From Blastocladiella emersonii ATCC 22665 (lineage: Eukaryota > Fungi > Blastocladiomycota): a stretch of 64,000 nt of DNA. The stretch covers positions 1,612,001-1,676,000 of the forward strand of contig JANHCV010000008.1 in assembly GCA_025594325.1 (NCBI GenBank), in the 5' to 3' direction. The notes under the pieces were generated by a model, which saw nothing but the letters and a program-made list of their open reading frames with translations, searched no databases and had not been told where the DNA came from. Position numbers and translations under genes: made by a program. Shown piece after piece: positions 19,790 through 32,229 of the stretch (positions are counted from its first letter, which is position 1; each line of letters opens with the position of its first letter).

Positions 19790-20440
19790 GCCAGCCTGGC
19801 CCGCGTCGCGTAACTACCTCGCGTGCTCACCCCTTTGCGTTATCGCGCGACCTCTCGGCGGAATCTACTACTTCTCGCAAGGCTTTAGAGATTCTCTAAG
19901 CTGTGAGTTGTACGACACCAAGCAAGAAAGAGAAAAAAGTGGGGTCTGAGCGGGACTGCCTTGTGACGCGTAACTAACCTCGCGTGCTCACCTCGTTGCG
20001 ATATCGCGTAAATTCTGAGCGGAATCTACTACTAACTGCAGTGCTCTTTAAGGCTCCTGAGAAGAGAGTTGGGTGGTGTTAAAAAGGAAAGTGAAATATG
20101 GGGGGAAAGGGCAGATCGTGCTTGTGGCACGCAGCTGACATTGCGTGTCTTTCCCTTTGCGATATCAAATAATTTCGCAATGGAATCTACTACTACGCGT
20201 AAGTTTATAAAGGTCTTCTGAGCTGTGCGTTGGGCGTTATCAAGCAGGGCAGTGAGATACATGGGGTGTAGGCAGGCTGGCCTTGTGGCGGGTAGCTGAC
20301 CTCAGGTGCCCAACCCTTGCGATATCGCGTATTTTCTCGACGGAATCTACTACTACGCGAGAAGCCATGGAGGTCTCTTGAGTTGTTCTTTGGGAGTTAT
20401 TAAGCAGGGGAGTGAAATAAGTGAAATGGGAGCAGACTGT
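19790..20440. repeat. Four diverged tandem repeats of about 161 bp
   Basis: Invariant core GGAATCTACTACT at 19860, 20021, 20182 and 20342, each preceded by TTGCG(A/T)TATC. Confidence 0.85.
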
Positions 20441-20949
20441 CTGGTCACGTTCTGGTCTGGTTTTGGTCCAAGTCTGCTTTCAGTCTGCTTTCAGTCCACT
20501 CAGGTCATATTCAGGTTTGCTCCGAGTTGTCTCGGCGCTGGCTTCATTCAATTTCAGTCTGGTCTGAGTCTAGTTTGCGTTTAGTCCGAGTCTAGTTTGC
20601 GTTTGGTCTGCGTTTAGTCTGGTTTTGGTTTCAGTTTAGTCTGCGTTTGGTCCAGGTCTGGTCAGCTTTTGCTCGAGTTTGATTTTAGTTTAGTTTAGTT
20701 CCAGTTCAGTTTGAGTTTACTTTGGGTTCAGACTGAGTCTACTTTGGGGTTGATGTGGGCGTTTCAGGGTCTGCTCATAGTCTGACTCAAGTCGAATAGA
20801 ATTCTGTTTCTGGTTTGCTCGAGGTTTACTCTGAGTTCAGTCATGGTTGAGTTTAGATTTACTCTAGGTTTACTCTAGGTTTACTCTAGGTTTACTCGTG
20901 GTTCAGTCATGGTTCAGTTGAGTTTCAGTCACGGTTTAGTCTGAGTTTA
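20440..20949 (-). repeat. Inner part of the right subterminal 11-bp array (reverse complement of the left array)
   Basis: TTTAGTCTGAG / GGTTCAGTC-type units. Continues at 24189-24411 beyond the Harbinger insertion. Confidence 0.85.
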
Positions 20950-21158
20950 GGGCCCGTTTGGTTCAGATCAGGTGGATCAGCTGAAAAAGTTGCCACGTTT
21001 CACCTCACCCCCGTTCATCTCAGCGGCCATGCGAACCAAACGCCCCGCTGGATGAACGCCCCCCCGCAATAAAATCTTTCCCACCTCTTTGCAGCCGCAC
21101 TTATTGCAACGAATCAACACCTAACCTCACGCATCGTGTTCTCGAGCCCTCAAACGAC

Positions 21159-22476
21159 ATGGGCAAGGGATACAACCGCAAGCTGCGCGGCCTCATGCTC
21201 ACGGCCGCCCTCGCTCTCCTGCGACGTCTCGCTGCGCGCAACGAGCGCCGCTCGTGGGAGCCTATCCGCACGTCCACGCTTTCTGGCGAGTCGTGGGTTC
21301 AAGAGCTGCTGACGTGCAACAGCGAAACGCGTTTTTCGGAAATCGCCCGTATGCCCCGCGAGACCTTCAAGGCCATCTGCCGCCTGTTCCGCGACCGTGG
21401 CCTTCTCGCCGACGGCCGCGAGCTGTCCGTCGAGGCGCGCTTCATGGTTTTTCTTGTCATGGCCGGCGAGGGCAGCACCAACCGCAACCTCAGGGAGCGG
21501 TTCCAAATCTCTGGCGAGACCGCGTCCAGGGTTCTGAAGCAAGTGCTCGACGCTCTGTACCGCCTGATGCCCGAGTTCATTGTCCAGCCGTCCGATTCTA
21601 CGCCCGTGCATGAGCGCATCGCCCACGATCCGAAATACGCTCCGTTCCAGAACGCGGTCGGCGCGCTTGACGGAACGCACATCCCGTTTGTTGTGCCCAC
21701 TAAGCTTCACGACTCGTTCCGAAACCGCAAGGGGACCATATCCTCAAATGTCCTCGCTGCCTGCGACTTTGACTTGAACTTCACCTACGTTCTCGCAGGG
21801 TGGGAGGGCAAGGCGCACGACTCGCGCGTGCTCTCGGACGCCTTCGCCCGTGGGTTCAAAATCCCCGCCGGCCGCTTCTACCTCGCCGACGGCGGCTACG
21901 CAAACCGCACGTCCATCATCGTGCCCTTCAGCGGTACCCGCTATCATCTTCGCGAGTTTGCGCGCGGCAAGGATGGGTACGTTCTCACTGCCATGACCAT
22001 CACGTTGGCGCCATCTCATCTGCTTCACCAACGTACGTAGAGTTAAGAACCGCGAAGAGCTTTTCAATCTGCGCCACGCGTCGCTCCGCAACTCTGTTGA
22101 GCGTATCTTTGGCGTGCTCAAGAAGCGGTTCCGCGTCCTCTCGATTGGCGCGGCCTACCCAATCAAGACTCAAGTCAAGCTTGTGTACGCGCTCTGCACG
22201 CTGCACAACATGATCAACAAGTGGAACCAAGGCGGCGACGCCTTCTTTCGCGACGCCGAGACGGAGCTCCGGCGCGCGCGGGACGCGGCGCGTGAGGCGC
22301 CAGTGCGTGGGCGCGAGCCCCTGGACGACGAGAACGAGGAGGACGACGAGGCCGCTGTCCTCGAGGCCTCGCTGGACGGAGCTCGTCAGCGCGGTATCTC
22401 GCTTCGGAACCGCGTCGCAAATGTTCTTTGGACCGAGTACAGGCGTGTCATGGCCGCTCGTGGGACCCGTCTTTGA
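21159..22476 (+). CDS. Harbinger DDE transposase (HARBI1-like), intron 21977-22040, 417 aa spliced
   Basis: GALDGTHI, GWEGKAHDSRV, YLADGGY; splicing restores FNLRHASLRNSVERIFGVLKKRF. Confidence 0.95.
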
Positions 22477-22788
22477 AGGCGCGAAATAATTGTTGTACCC
22501 GCATGCATGCTGTAATATACTGATTTGTCAAGTACTATAACGTTAGATAAGCGATTCCAGATGATTTGACGCGTCGCTGAGGTCAGAACGCATCGGTGGA
22601 GACGCGTCGATCAATCACGTGACGTGCGAGACACTTTGAGAACCACGCGTTTCTCAACGAGTCGCGTCATTTTCGAGCGAAGGGTAACAATTGAAGATAC
22701 GATGGATACAAAGCCAGATGTATTGGACACAAATGGGCGAGAACAAGGCCAGGAAGCAACGCGAGGGAGGGGGACATGTGCGAGAGAG

Positions 22789-23918
22789 CTACTGAATGAA
22801 AAACTCGAGGACGCGCTTGCGCTTCGGTCCGGACACGGCCATGACGCGAAGCGCTTGATCCTCGGTCAGGCGGGTGGCGACGTCGATCTGGTACTCTTCA
22901 TTGTCGTTGTACGCGTCCTGGACCCATTCAAGTGCGGCGGTCAGAACGGGCTTGGAGTCGGCGGTCGAGACGCTCTGGAACACCTCCTTGATGCCCATGA
23001 GGAATTCCGAGTCCGAGAGGCGACGCGAGCTGCTGTCCGAAGTGCGGCTGCGCTTGCTGGCGGGGGCCGCGTCGTCTTGACCATCGACACCTTCCACGTC
23101 ACCAGACTCCTTGCCGTCCTGCTTGAGGTGCGAGTACTCGCCGGTGGCGGTCGAGCTGCCCCACGGCATGTTGGCCTTCTTGTAGTACGGGAAGGGCTTG
23201 CAGCCCGCAGTCAGCTCCTCCTTGAGCTCTGCCTACAATTGAAGCAGGCCAGGCGCTGTTAGCTCGCCGCGAGTTGACGCGTAACGATATTGAACAAACG
23301 TACCGAGAGATCGTTCCAGAACTCCTCTGGCACGTCGACCGTGCACTCACCCTCATTCCAGGTGCAGCCGTTGCCCGAGTACGACAGAAGCCGTTTTACG
23401 GCGCGAAAACAAGTGCGAAGCTGGAGCCGAACGCTGACGTTGTTAGCGCTACGGTTGACGCGTGTCCGCAAGACAAAGCGTACGTATGTCACGCGGTTCT
23501 TGAACTGCTCCGCCGTAAACTGCATGTTGAACTCGTCCGACAGGGCCTGGGCAATCGACACACGGTGCTGGGCCTTGAGCGTGTTGCTGTCGCCGAGCAC
23601 GCCGTCGTCGGCGAGGTTGCAGAAGTGGTCGAGGAGGAAGTTGGTCGACGCGGAGCAGAAGGTGGCCTTGCCGCCGCTGGCCTTGCCGCTGCTGGCCTTG
23701 CTGCCACTGGCCTTGCGCTTGCTTGGCTTGGCGATGGTCACGGGCGGCAGCGGGTTGGTCGGCGTGACAGCAGCGTTGCCGTCGCTCCCAGCAGCGTTGT
23801 CATCTGCATCCTCGTCGCTATCGGCGGGCGGCGGCGGGATTTCGGGCACGTTCTTGACGATCTCCTCGATGGACATGGCCGTACGGCCAGCGCGCTTTTT
23901 GCTTGACGGGGGAGCCAT
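22789..23918 (-). CDS. Harbinger Myb/SANT-like DNA-binding protein, two short introns
   Basis: Spliced QFKNRVTY-LRTCFRAVKRLLSYSGNGCTWNE...FWNDLS-AELKEEL...KPFPYY. GTACG donors. Confidence 0.88.
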
Positions 23919-24188
23919 TCTTTTCGGCTTTGAGGGAGGACGGGGGAGAGAGAGCGAGTTACGTTGGAGGAAAACGGCGTTTATATAGGCCGGGGAGCAC
24001 AGCCTGAAGGTTTCGGGGGCGAGCAGACGGGCGATTCAGCGACGAGGGTTCCATTCAGCTCACCCGGGGGTCGAACCAAACGCCGCGATGAACGCGACGG
24101 GGTGAAAATGCCACGTTTCAGCTGGGTGAACACCGGACCGTGTAAAATCGATTGATCCACCTGATTCACCCCGGAACCAAACGGGCCC

Positions 24189-24411
24189 TTAGTCTGAGTT
24201 TAGTCTGAGTTTAGTCTGAGTTTAGTCTGAGTTTAGTCTGAGTTTAGTCGAGGTTTAGTCGAGGTTCAGTCACGGTTTGGTCTTGGTTTGTCCATGGTTC
24301 TGTCGCGGTTTAGTCGAGGTTCAGTCGCGGTTCAGTCGAGGTTTAGTTGCAGTTCAGTCGCGGTTCAGTCGCAGTTTAGTCGCGTTTTAGTCGCGGTTTA
24401 GTCGCGTTCTG
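24189..24411 (-). repeat. Outer part of the right subterminal 11-bp array
   Basis: TTTAGTCTGAG about five times, then TTTAGTCGAGG / TTCAGTCGCGG units up to the TIR. Confidence 0.95.
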
Positions 24412-24480
24412 GTCGCTGACTGTCTCATCGGAAGTGAAAATGGGTGTATTGGACACTCCTAAAACATGCACAAAGCGATC

Positions 24481-25338
24481 CTACTCTGGACTAGACCGCG
24501 TCTCAGTAGCGCTGCGCTTATCAACGACGGATGCGTCCTCGTTCGTCTCCTCGCCTCCCGGAGGCGTCGACTGCGGACTGCCGCTCGCAATGAACTCAAA
24601 TGCGGCTGCGTGGCGCGTCTTGAAATCGTCCCAACCGCACAGCTCGATGGTTCCGGGCGCCAAACGGATATGACAGTTGGCGTCGTGAACGCGTTTCATG
24701 ACACCCGCGACGCTGGTCCCGTCCTCCTGCCCAGGCGATTCGGCGTTCAAGAACATGATGCTGTCGGTCATGACATCGAGTACCGCTGACGATACGATAT
24801 TCGCGCACGCAACCTTGACAACGGCTCGGATAGCCGGCACGATGCCAGGCGTTTGGGCAATGTGATGTGATGCCGTCACGGCGCGCGTTGCAACCACGGG
24901 ATCGGCCCATGCAATCATGTGAGCGGCACGACTCGAGTGCGCGAAGATGTTCGCCGAGACGTGGCCGGCGGCGGCACACGCCGGGTACTGCTTGATGATC
25001 GGGTTGCGTTGGAGGAGCGGCAGGAATAACGTAAGCGGGTGCGCGTCAAGCGCGTGCCAAAGGTCGGCGAGGCAGCAGCGCGGAATTGGGCCTTTGCTCG
25101 CGGGTTTTGGGTCCTGCGGCTTCTTGAACCGCAGGTTGGCGAGACCATCTGGCGAGACGGCCTGCAAAAACCACGCGAGGACGCGATTCCATTCATCGCG
25201 CTGCTGTTGGTTGATGGCGAGCATGACTTGCAGCTTAGGGTTGCCGAGCGGGACTCGAACGGCGGCGGCAGCAGCGACGTTGAACGCCGCGGAAAGATTG
25301 TCTGCGACGCAAGCAAGAACAACAATCAGCCGGTGCAA
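24481..25338 (-). CDS. Hypothetical protein or gene fragment
   Basis: 285-aa ORF with plausible composition and no recognised motif. Confidence 0.3.
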   Translation of the reverse strand: MHRLIVVLACVADNLSAAFNVAAAAAVRVPLGNPKLQVMLAINQQQRDEWNRVLAWFLQAVSPDGLANLRFKKPQDPKPASKGPIPRCCLADLWHALDAHPLTLFLPLLQRNPIIKQYPACAAAGHVSANIFAHSSRAAHMIAWADPVVATRAVTASHHIAQTPGIVPAIRAVVKVACANIVSSAVLDVMTDSIMFLNAESPGQEDGTSVAGVMKRVHDANCHIRLAPGTIELCGWDDFKTRHAAAFEFIASGSPQSTPPGGEETNEDASVVDKRSATETRSSPE

Positions 25339-25776
25339 GGCCGCAAGCGTGATCCGGATCGCGGCACCTTCAACGCTGCAATGGTGAAGCGTGCACCCGT
25401 TGCCGTTCCAACCATCGTCCAGATGTCCTTGTAAGCCTCAATGGACCGCGCTTCGCGCAGCAGCGGAAAGAGGTCAACACCGCTTGTATCCGAATACCCG
25501 CAAAGAGTCTCGGCAAACTGGCGACGCGTGGCTGGGTCGTCGAGGACGCGGTCAACTGAACGAAGCACTACAAGCATGCACACTGCATTCAAAGACGCCG
25601 CTGGGTGTGTGGTCGGACAAAGACAAAGCAAACGCGCGGCGTCAGCGGACATGGACTCGGCCGCCTGTGTTACGGACTCAAAGTGCTCAGTTGTGCTTGA
25701 CGACACAATTGACTGAGCTACAACCAATATTCGAGCCGCGGCGCGTGTCATGACGCCAGGGCGTCCCAAAGGTGGC

Positions 25777-26630
25777 TGTAAGGTGCCGAGGGGGAGGGTC
25801 TTGCGCCACAAGGAATGACTAGCCGGATAATGAAGGATTGTATCACGAATGACAAGAGAGAGGGAGAGCGAGGGCAACGCTCGGCTTATGAGGGACTGCG
25901 CCACCAGCCCGCGCCACCAGCCCAAGCCGTTGGATCACCAAACCGTGACACTATCTCCCCTTCCCCCTCCGCGGGTTGGGTTTTGACAGGTTCTGCGCGT
26001 GGAACTCGGCGAGCAGCTCGAGGTGCTTGAGGTTCGCGTACGGCTCCCAGGTGTTGTCATCCTTGGGGCAGCCGTGCCACTTGAGCAGGTACTTGACGCT
26101 GCGACCCAAAGCCGACCTGCGCGCGTCGACAATCGCCTCGACCGACCACTCCTCGCGCCCGTTGACGACGTACGGCGCCGGCGGCGGCGGCGGCAGCGTG
26201 CGGCCCGGGAACGTGTCCTCGTCGTGCGCGACCACCAGCTTGATGAGCGAGACGTGGAACACCGGGTGGACGCGCGCCATGGTCGGCGGCAGCTCGAGCT
26301 CGGCGGCCAACTTGCAGATGAGGCGCACGATCTTGAGCGGCTCCGTGTACTTGGGCCCAAGCTTTGCCTTGGGCACGTTGACGCGCAGGTTCTTGGTGCT
26401 CAGCAGCACCATGTCGCCGACCTTGTAGTCGGGGCCCTCGTGGCGGCGGCGGTCAGCGTGCTTCTTGTACAGCTCCTTGGCGCGCTCGACCTTCTCGCGC
26501 ATCTTGCCCTGGACGTCGGCGATGCGCTCGGCCAGCGCGGCGGCTGACGGGACCCGATCCGACCGAACTGGCGCGGCCGAGAGCCGCAGGTTGAACGCGT
26601 AGTTGGCCTTGAACGGCGACATGCCCCGTG
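25777..26630 (-). mobile_element. Ty3/gypsy chromovirus 3' remnant: integrase C-terminus, chromodomain, polypurine tract and 174-bp 3' LTR (25777-25950)
   Basis: YKVGDMVLL...LGPKYTEP...HPVFHVSLIK, then EEWSVEAIVD...KYLLKWHG...TWEP. PPT GGAGGGGGAAGGGGAG immediately precedes the TGTCAC...TTACA LTR. Confidence 0.93.
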
Positions 26631-29600
26631 CTCGCTGACCAGGTCCGCGCGAAGCACCCTGCGAATCATGCCAAAGTTGATGGTCTCTTGGGTGGTACCA
26701 GGAACTTTGCAAGCAATCGACGCGCACCACCTGCGTGTTATACTCTGTGAGAATCCGAGTTTTTAGGATCAGTGTGAAGTGAGCATATGGGTGATCAAAG
26801 ACGGCGAGTGGGCTCTGATCCTGCACTTTGTGTGCCTGCGCGCACCGTTTTCGATGTCCTGCACTCGCTTTCTTCCGTTCGCTTGATTCGCGCCTGATCA
26901 CTGAGCACAGCTCTTGGCGCCTCGACTTGGTAATCCGCGTGGGCCGTCCATGACACCCGCGCCCGCTGCATCGCGCGAGCTCCGTCGCAGCCAGTACACG
27001 AGCTTGGCGCGGCGTGTCGAGTGACTGCTACTCCTCTTACTCTTCAGCTTTTGGCGTCTCGGCTGTACAAGCCGCGCCAGGACCAACAGCGCACGCGTCG
27101 TTCCCCTCACCTTTCCCTCTCAGGTCGCAGCCACCTGTGGAGCGAGCGATGCGACCAGCTTGTATCGCATCGATTTCAGGTCGACACAACCTCGCCCTGT
27201 GTTGTGTCACCTGCGCGCGCGAATCCATGCTCTCAGCGTGCGAGCTGCGCGTCTGACACGCCAGTAGCTTTTTGACGCGGACGGCTCGACTTTGTATAAC
27301 TCGATCAGCCTCCGCGATGCACGTGGTGCAAAGTAGATCTCTAGACTCGATTGCGGTTGGACTTGAACCTCACTTTGCTGCCTGAGGCGGCGGCCGCGAT
27401 CAGCGTCACTTGTTTGCGGATTCATGGAGTACCCACATAATCAACGCGGCACTAGAGGTCCTCATATCTCCTTGGTGACAAGAGAATCAATGCTGTCCCA
27501 ATCCGCGGACCTTGGGAGCGAGCGGCGTGAGGCACGAGGTTGTGTGTCCCACCTCATGGGCTTGCATCCATGAAAAGCGAGCACTTTGAGCACCCGAATA
27601 AGTTGGAACATGTCTCACGTAGAGTTGATGAGCTCCCGGTATCGTAAACGCGGCCGACGCAATCCATCGTCAGGAACCGCCGCGTGACGTGAAAGGCCCG
27701 TGGTCGACTGCACCAGGCGCCCTCCTACATCCGCAATATGGACTCGCCAAGACCAGCGGGGTTCTAGGGAGGCTATATAGGCTAATCGCTATAACCTCAG
27801 GCGCACGAGAGCTCCGACTTGACGCCATGGGGTAATCGCGGAGAGGTGGACTATGAATGCGTTGTTCAAGTTGCACCGCGGTCAACATGACCTGACCACG
27901 CCACCAAAACGCGGTACTCCTCGGCCTGTAAAAGTTCCTCCGTCGGATAATGACTCAAAATGGTCTTAGAAATAGCCTGCGGTGGTAGCCACTCTCAATT
28001 CAGAGTGTGAGGTCGTGCGGGAAGCAAGCCTGTGCCTCATTCATCGCCTGTGATGGCCACGCGCGTCACGTCTTCATTCTAGCTTGCGCCGATGCTATAC
28101 TGCAACGCGAAGCTATCACTAAAATGCAGTAATAATCGTTATGTCGTCTCCGTTGCCAGAAGCGGCGATGGTCGGGTGACTTGATGAGCTTTGCACTGCA
28201 ACGACTTCAGCTGGGCGAGGCAGAGGGGAGCGTCGATATCAACTTCGCACCAAGGTGTCAGAGAATGCTGAGAAACATTGTTTAATAACTTCTCCGCTCC
28301 ATCTCTCGCATTTCCTCGTGCTCTTGGATCCTCAAACGCGTCGAAAACACTGGAGAGACGCGTTGCGCCACACAGCTGATCAAGCAGCTGATCCCTGAAA
28401 ACGTGTCCAACTCTGAGCGCTCTCTCCCGCAGACGTGACTATGTTGATCTTCTCTCGTGAGATCTACAACTACGCTACGCGTAACTGAATGACCGTGCTC
28501 AGCTTGAGACTTGGGTAGCGCATGCGATCACAGCAAGCTGACTTCGCGTGCCGCAACAGCGACTGCACACTCACGCGCTGAAGTTGACGGCGTAAAGAGC
28601 ATGTGTCAAAAGCCCGCGATATTGGACAGTAAGGGCATGGTTGCAGCATCCATGTGGTTGACTAGTCGCGGCTGGGCTTTGGTGCAGCGACTTTCGCTTC
28701 AGGCGCGATGCATCTCCACGCTTCACGCCTACAATCACTCGTTGCCGCTCTAAGACTTCCAGCAAGACGTACATCCGCATTCCCTTGCATGAGCACACGC
28801 GTGACACTCAGCTATGCTGGATCGCGTCACAGGGCTGACCGCGGACCGCGTCTCGAACCTTTCACGCGTTCGGCCTGCTTGGCCACCGTTCTCGTTCAGC
28901 TACTCCTACCTATGCAGTTCTCATTACTCACCACGAGTTGGCTTGGCTTCCGAACGACCTGCTTCCCTCACACGCGAGCTCAGGAACGCCAGCGCATCAC
29001 TGAAGCGCGGCGAGTCGCGGTCCTTGCGCGAACTGCAGTCCTTGCGCGAGCCGCCGCCACTTCGTCAACTGTAAGCACCTGCGATCCGTGACAACATTGC
29101 GGCTGTCGGATTGAACTGTCGTGTGATACTCGTCATGTACAGCGGGCGCAGGTTGCATCGCAACGCTTCATGTGAGAGCACGTGAGACGAATGCACACCT
29201 GTCCGGCAGGCGACGCCTGTGCCCTCCGCCCCTGCCCTGCGCCGCCGCCGGGTCCGCTCCCTCTCCCCATCGCCCTGAGGAGAGCTGGGTCCGAGCAAGT
29301 AATGCACCTTTCGACTTGTAGTCGACCATCATGAAGCTCATGAAACTTGATTAAGGACGCCAACGGCCGCTCACAACAACCGCAAGGACCTCCGAGTTTT
29401 CGCTGACCACGATCTGGCGGTGGGCAGCCGCGCAGTACGCGGCTGGAACTTCAGCAGTATCGCGGCGACGGCACGCACAGTCTTCGCGCTCGCTGGCGTG
29501 GAGACGCAGGGTCACCGCCTGTTGATCCTTGCCGTTTCAGCACGTGCCCACGTCATGGTGTCAAAAGCAAACTGCTACTTTATGGTGCCATTCGAGCGGT

Positions 29601-29916
29601 CCAACGTCGGTCTGGCGTTCTGCTCGCGCGCTCATCGTGACAACGCTTCCTACCTAAGCGTCGACGTTCCCGTCGTGCAAACGAAAGCGCTTCCTTTGCT
29701 GCGTGCGCGTCTCGCGTGCGGCTTTGGACGGGCTCGCATGGTGTCTAGCTCAAGTCGCGAGCGGCGGGCGACGACTTGAAGTCCACCGATTCACAAACTG
29801 TATCGCTCTCTCGCAATGCGCATAAATTCGAGACGTGCGCCCAGCTCGATTGATGCGAGCATACAAAATGGCTGGGAGTTACTACTTGGCAGGCACGAAC
29901 GAGGAGGAGGAGCCTG

Positions 29917-30147
29917 AGAAATCGGACTGGTCAGTCCGATTTCTACGGGCCCGTCCAAAAATCGCCTGTGAATTCCTCCTGCTTGGGCTTAACTGAGGGG
30001 AAGGACCTTGTCGACCTGTAGAAATCGGACAGGCCTGTCCGATTTCTATGGGCCCGTCCAGTAGTAGCCTGGGATTTCCTCCGGATGCGACTTGCTGAGA
30101 GGAGCGGCCTTGACGACCTTGAGAAATCGGACGAGCTCGTCCGATTT
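29917..30147. repeat. Three units of about 102 bp, each containing an AAATCGGAC-N6-GTCCGATTT palindrome
   Basis: Palindromes at 29917-29944, 30019-30048 and 30124-30147, with centres TGGTCA, AGGCCT and GAGCTC. Confidence 0.9.
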
Positions 30148-30356
30148 TCCAGCCCTGAGCTTTGAACTCGGTCAGGGTGATGATTCCTCTCCACTCAAAA
30201 TGCTCGACTTCGGTGGAAAAAAATAGCAAAGCCCTCCCGCTGAACATTGAGGAGCAAAAACCCATCACTTTCAGTGCAAAGCTGAGTGTCGTAGAAGCCA
30301 AAACGACACGCTTTGCGCATGTGCAGGAACAAACGCCTCCACAAACAGGCGCATGA

Positions 30357-30582
30357 AGTATCGGTATCGCCCAGATATCTGCATGCAGGTATCGGTATCG
30401 GGCAGGTCCAAAACGCGCAAGTATCGGTATCGGAGCCTCAAATATCGCGATTTGTAGCAAAAAATTTTCCCAGTATTGGTATCGCCAGGGACGCGAAATC
30501 TGGGCCAAATATCGTATCGTGCCCAAAAAGATTTTCCCGTATCAGGTATCGCGTCTACGATACCGGGAGCGCGGCAACTCTA
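30357..30582. repeat. GTATCGGTATCG repeat cluster ending in GGCAACTCTA (possible one end of a hAT-like MITE)
   Basis: About five GTATCG(G) blocks. TAGAGTTGCC is a hAT-like terminus; the other end was not found. Confidence 0.4.
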
Positions 30583-32229
30583 GATTATCGCTGCATGAGA
30601 AGTTTTGCCAGGCGGAGACGAACGAGACGAAGCATCGTAGAAGTGGCCTCGGTGGTCGGACAGGGCGGCCCCGTTTGGCTTCTTCGGACACGCTTGCGGG
30701 CCGATCGGACAGCTTAAAAATTAAATGGGTCGACCCCACCCCCAAATAAAAATTGCCCGGGCCCTCGCGGGCTCGAAATCCCAACTCAAGAAAATGAATC
30801 GCTTCGAGCTCACTTGCTGGAGGATGCCTCACATCCCAACTTGACAAAGAGGAGTCGATCCCCCGCCTTCGGAAAGCCGCAACTGAAAGGAATCGGCCCT
30901 CAAATTAAATGCCAGGACCTCGAATCCGCTGGCCCGTTGCTCGGCCAAGTCGAAATAGAGAGCTAACTCGCGCGAGGAGAAAATTGACGCGATCCAGCAG
31001 GAAGTGAGAGGATCAAGAATGCAACGCGCCCGAAATATATATACAGCGACACCAGCGTGGAGACTCCGCCGTCCGAGAGGAGCCGCGGATGCGGCGCGTG
31101 ATCCGCGAGCAAGGCTGCTCAGGCGGGAAGCCCGCCTTGGCCACGAGCGGCCGGGCGGCGGTGTGGGTCGGGCCAGACCCGCCGCCGGCGGACTAGAGAC
31201 CCTTGGGCGAGATTGCGGTTGATGCGTCGACACATGGGGAGAACTGGACAGTGACGAGGCCGCGCGCGGCGAGGGACGACAAGGTACGCGCGACGTGAGC
31301 ACCTGCAAGTACTCGCGGCGAGTCGACGCGAGCAGGTCGGGGCGGAAACGCGACGTACTACACAGGCCATGAAGCGCGTCGGCATGGGGCGACAAGGTTC
31401 GCCGACCTGCTCCTTGTCGCCGCCGCCGCCGTCGGCCGCACCGCCCGATTCGCCGCTGCCACCGCCGCCAGCAGCGGGCTTGCCGTGGTACTTGTCGATC
31501 TCGCCCTGCACGATCTCGGGGTACTCGTGCAGCTCGCGGAGCGCGTTGTGGGAGGGTTCACGCGTCCCGTGCGAGTGCGCGGGCAGGCGGACGAGGGCCA
31601 CGAAGTCGATGAAGGCGCACACGAGGGTGAGGAGCGGCTGAACGACGGCGATGGCCTTCATGGCAAACAAGCCGACGGCGAGCACCTCGACGAGCGCGGC
31701 GTGCGCGTGCACCGTAGTCTTAGTCCCAATGAAGGCGGACTTGGACCGCGAGCAGCAGAAGGACGAGAACAGCAGCGCCAACGACACGCCGTCGTTGGGC
31801 TGCGCGCATGGACGACCCGGGCGACCTTTGGGCGACGGTGGATCAAGCGCGTGCGTGTCGTGCTCGGCGCGCAGCTTCTGCAGGGTCGCGCGCCACGCGC
31901 CGCGGCGACGCTACCTCGCGGGTGGGAAGCGGCGACGCTACCTCGCGGGTGGGAAGCGGCGAACCGTCGGCGGGCAGGGAGACGGGGTGCATGATGGTGT
32001 TGTGCTCGAGCCGCAGGTCCAGGTGCAGCTCGTCAAGAGACCCAATCGAGATCGTGACGGCGTCAGCGTGGTGCGGCGGGCGCGCCTACTCGGTCGCGAG
32101 CAAGCGGGCACGGAGGCCGAGCTCGAGCGAAGCGGTGACGGCCGGCGGTGGTAGATAAAGCTTCATGGGGCGCCGGCGGCAGCGAGCGGGGGAGAGAGCG
32201 TGAGCAGCCCGCTCCGGGACTTCGCGTTT

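Larger units (their letters stand above)
20950..24188 (+). mobile_element. PIF/Harbinger DNA transposon, copy 1 (3239 bp)
   Basis: 15-bp TIR GGGCCCGTTTGGTTC, TTA TSD on both sides, convergent transposase and Myb/SANT genes. Confidence 0.96.
13359..24446. mobile_element. Large non-autonomous CMC/EnSpm(Plavaka)-like DNA transposon with nested insertions
   Basis: Perfect 35-bp TIR CACCCATTTTCACTTCCGATGAGACAGTCAGCGAC (13359-13393 and 24412-24446). TA dinucleotide on both flanks. Inverted 11-bp subterminal arrays at both ends. Confidence 0.8.

Noticed and set aside
25230-25270. Shared VPLGNPKL peptide between ORFs 24481-25338 and 50103-50924
   Set aside because: The similarity covers under 30 bp, and the second ORF is probably the non-coding strand; likely coincidence.
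26900-29900. Short ORFs in this interval
   Set aside because: No recognisable motifs, consistent splice structure or repeats could be supported by eye.
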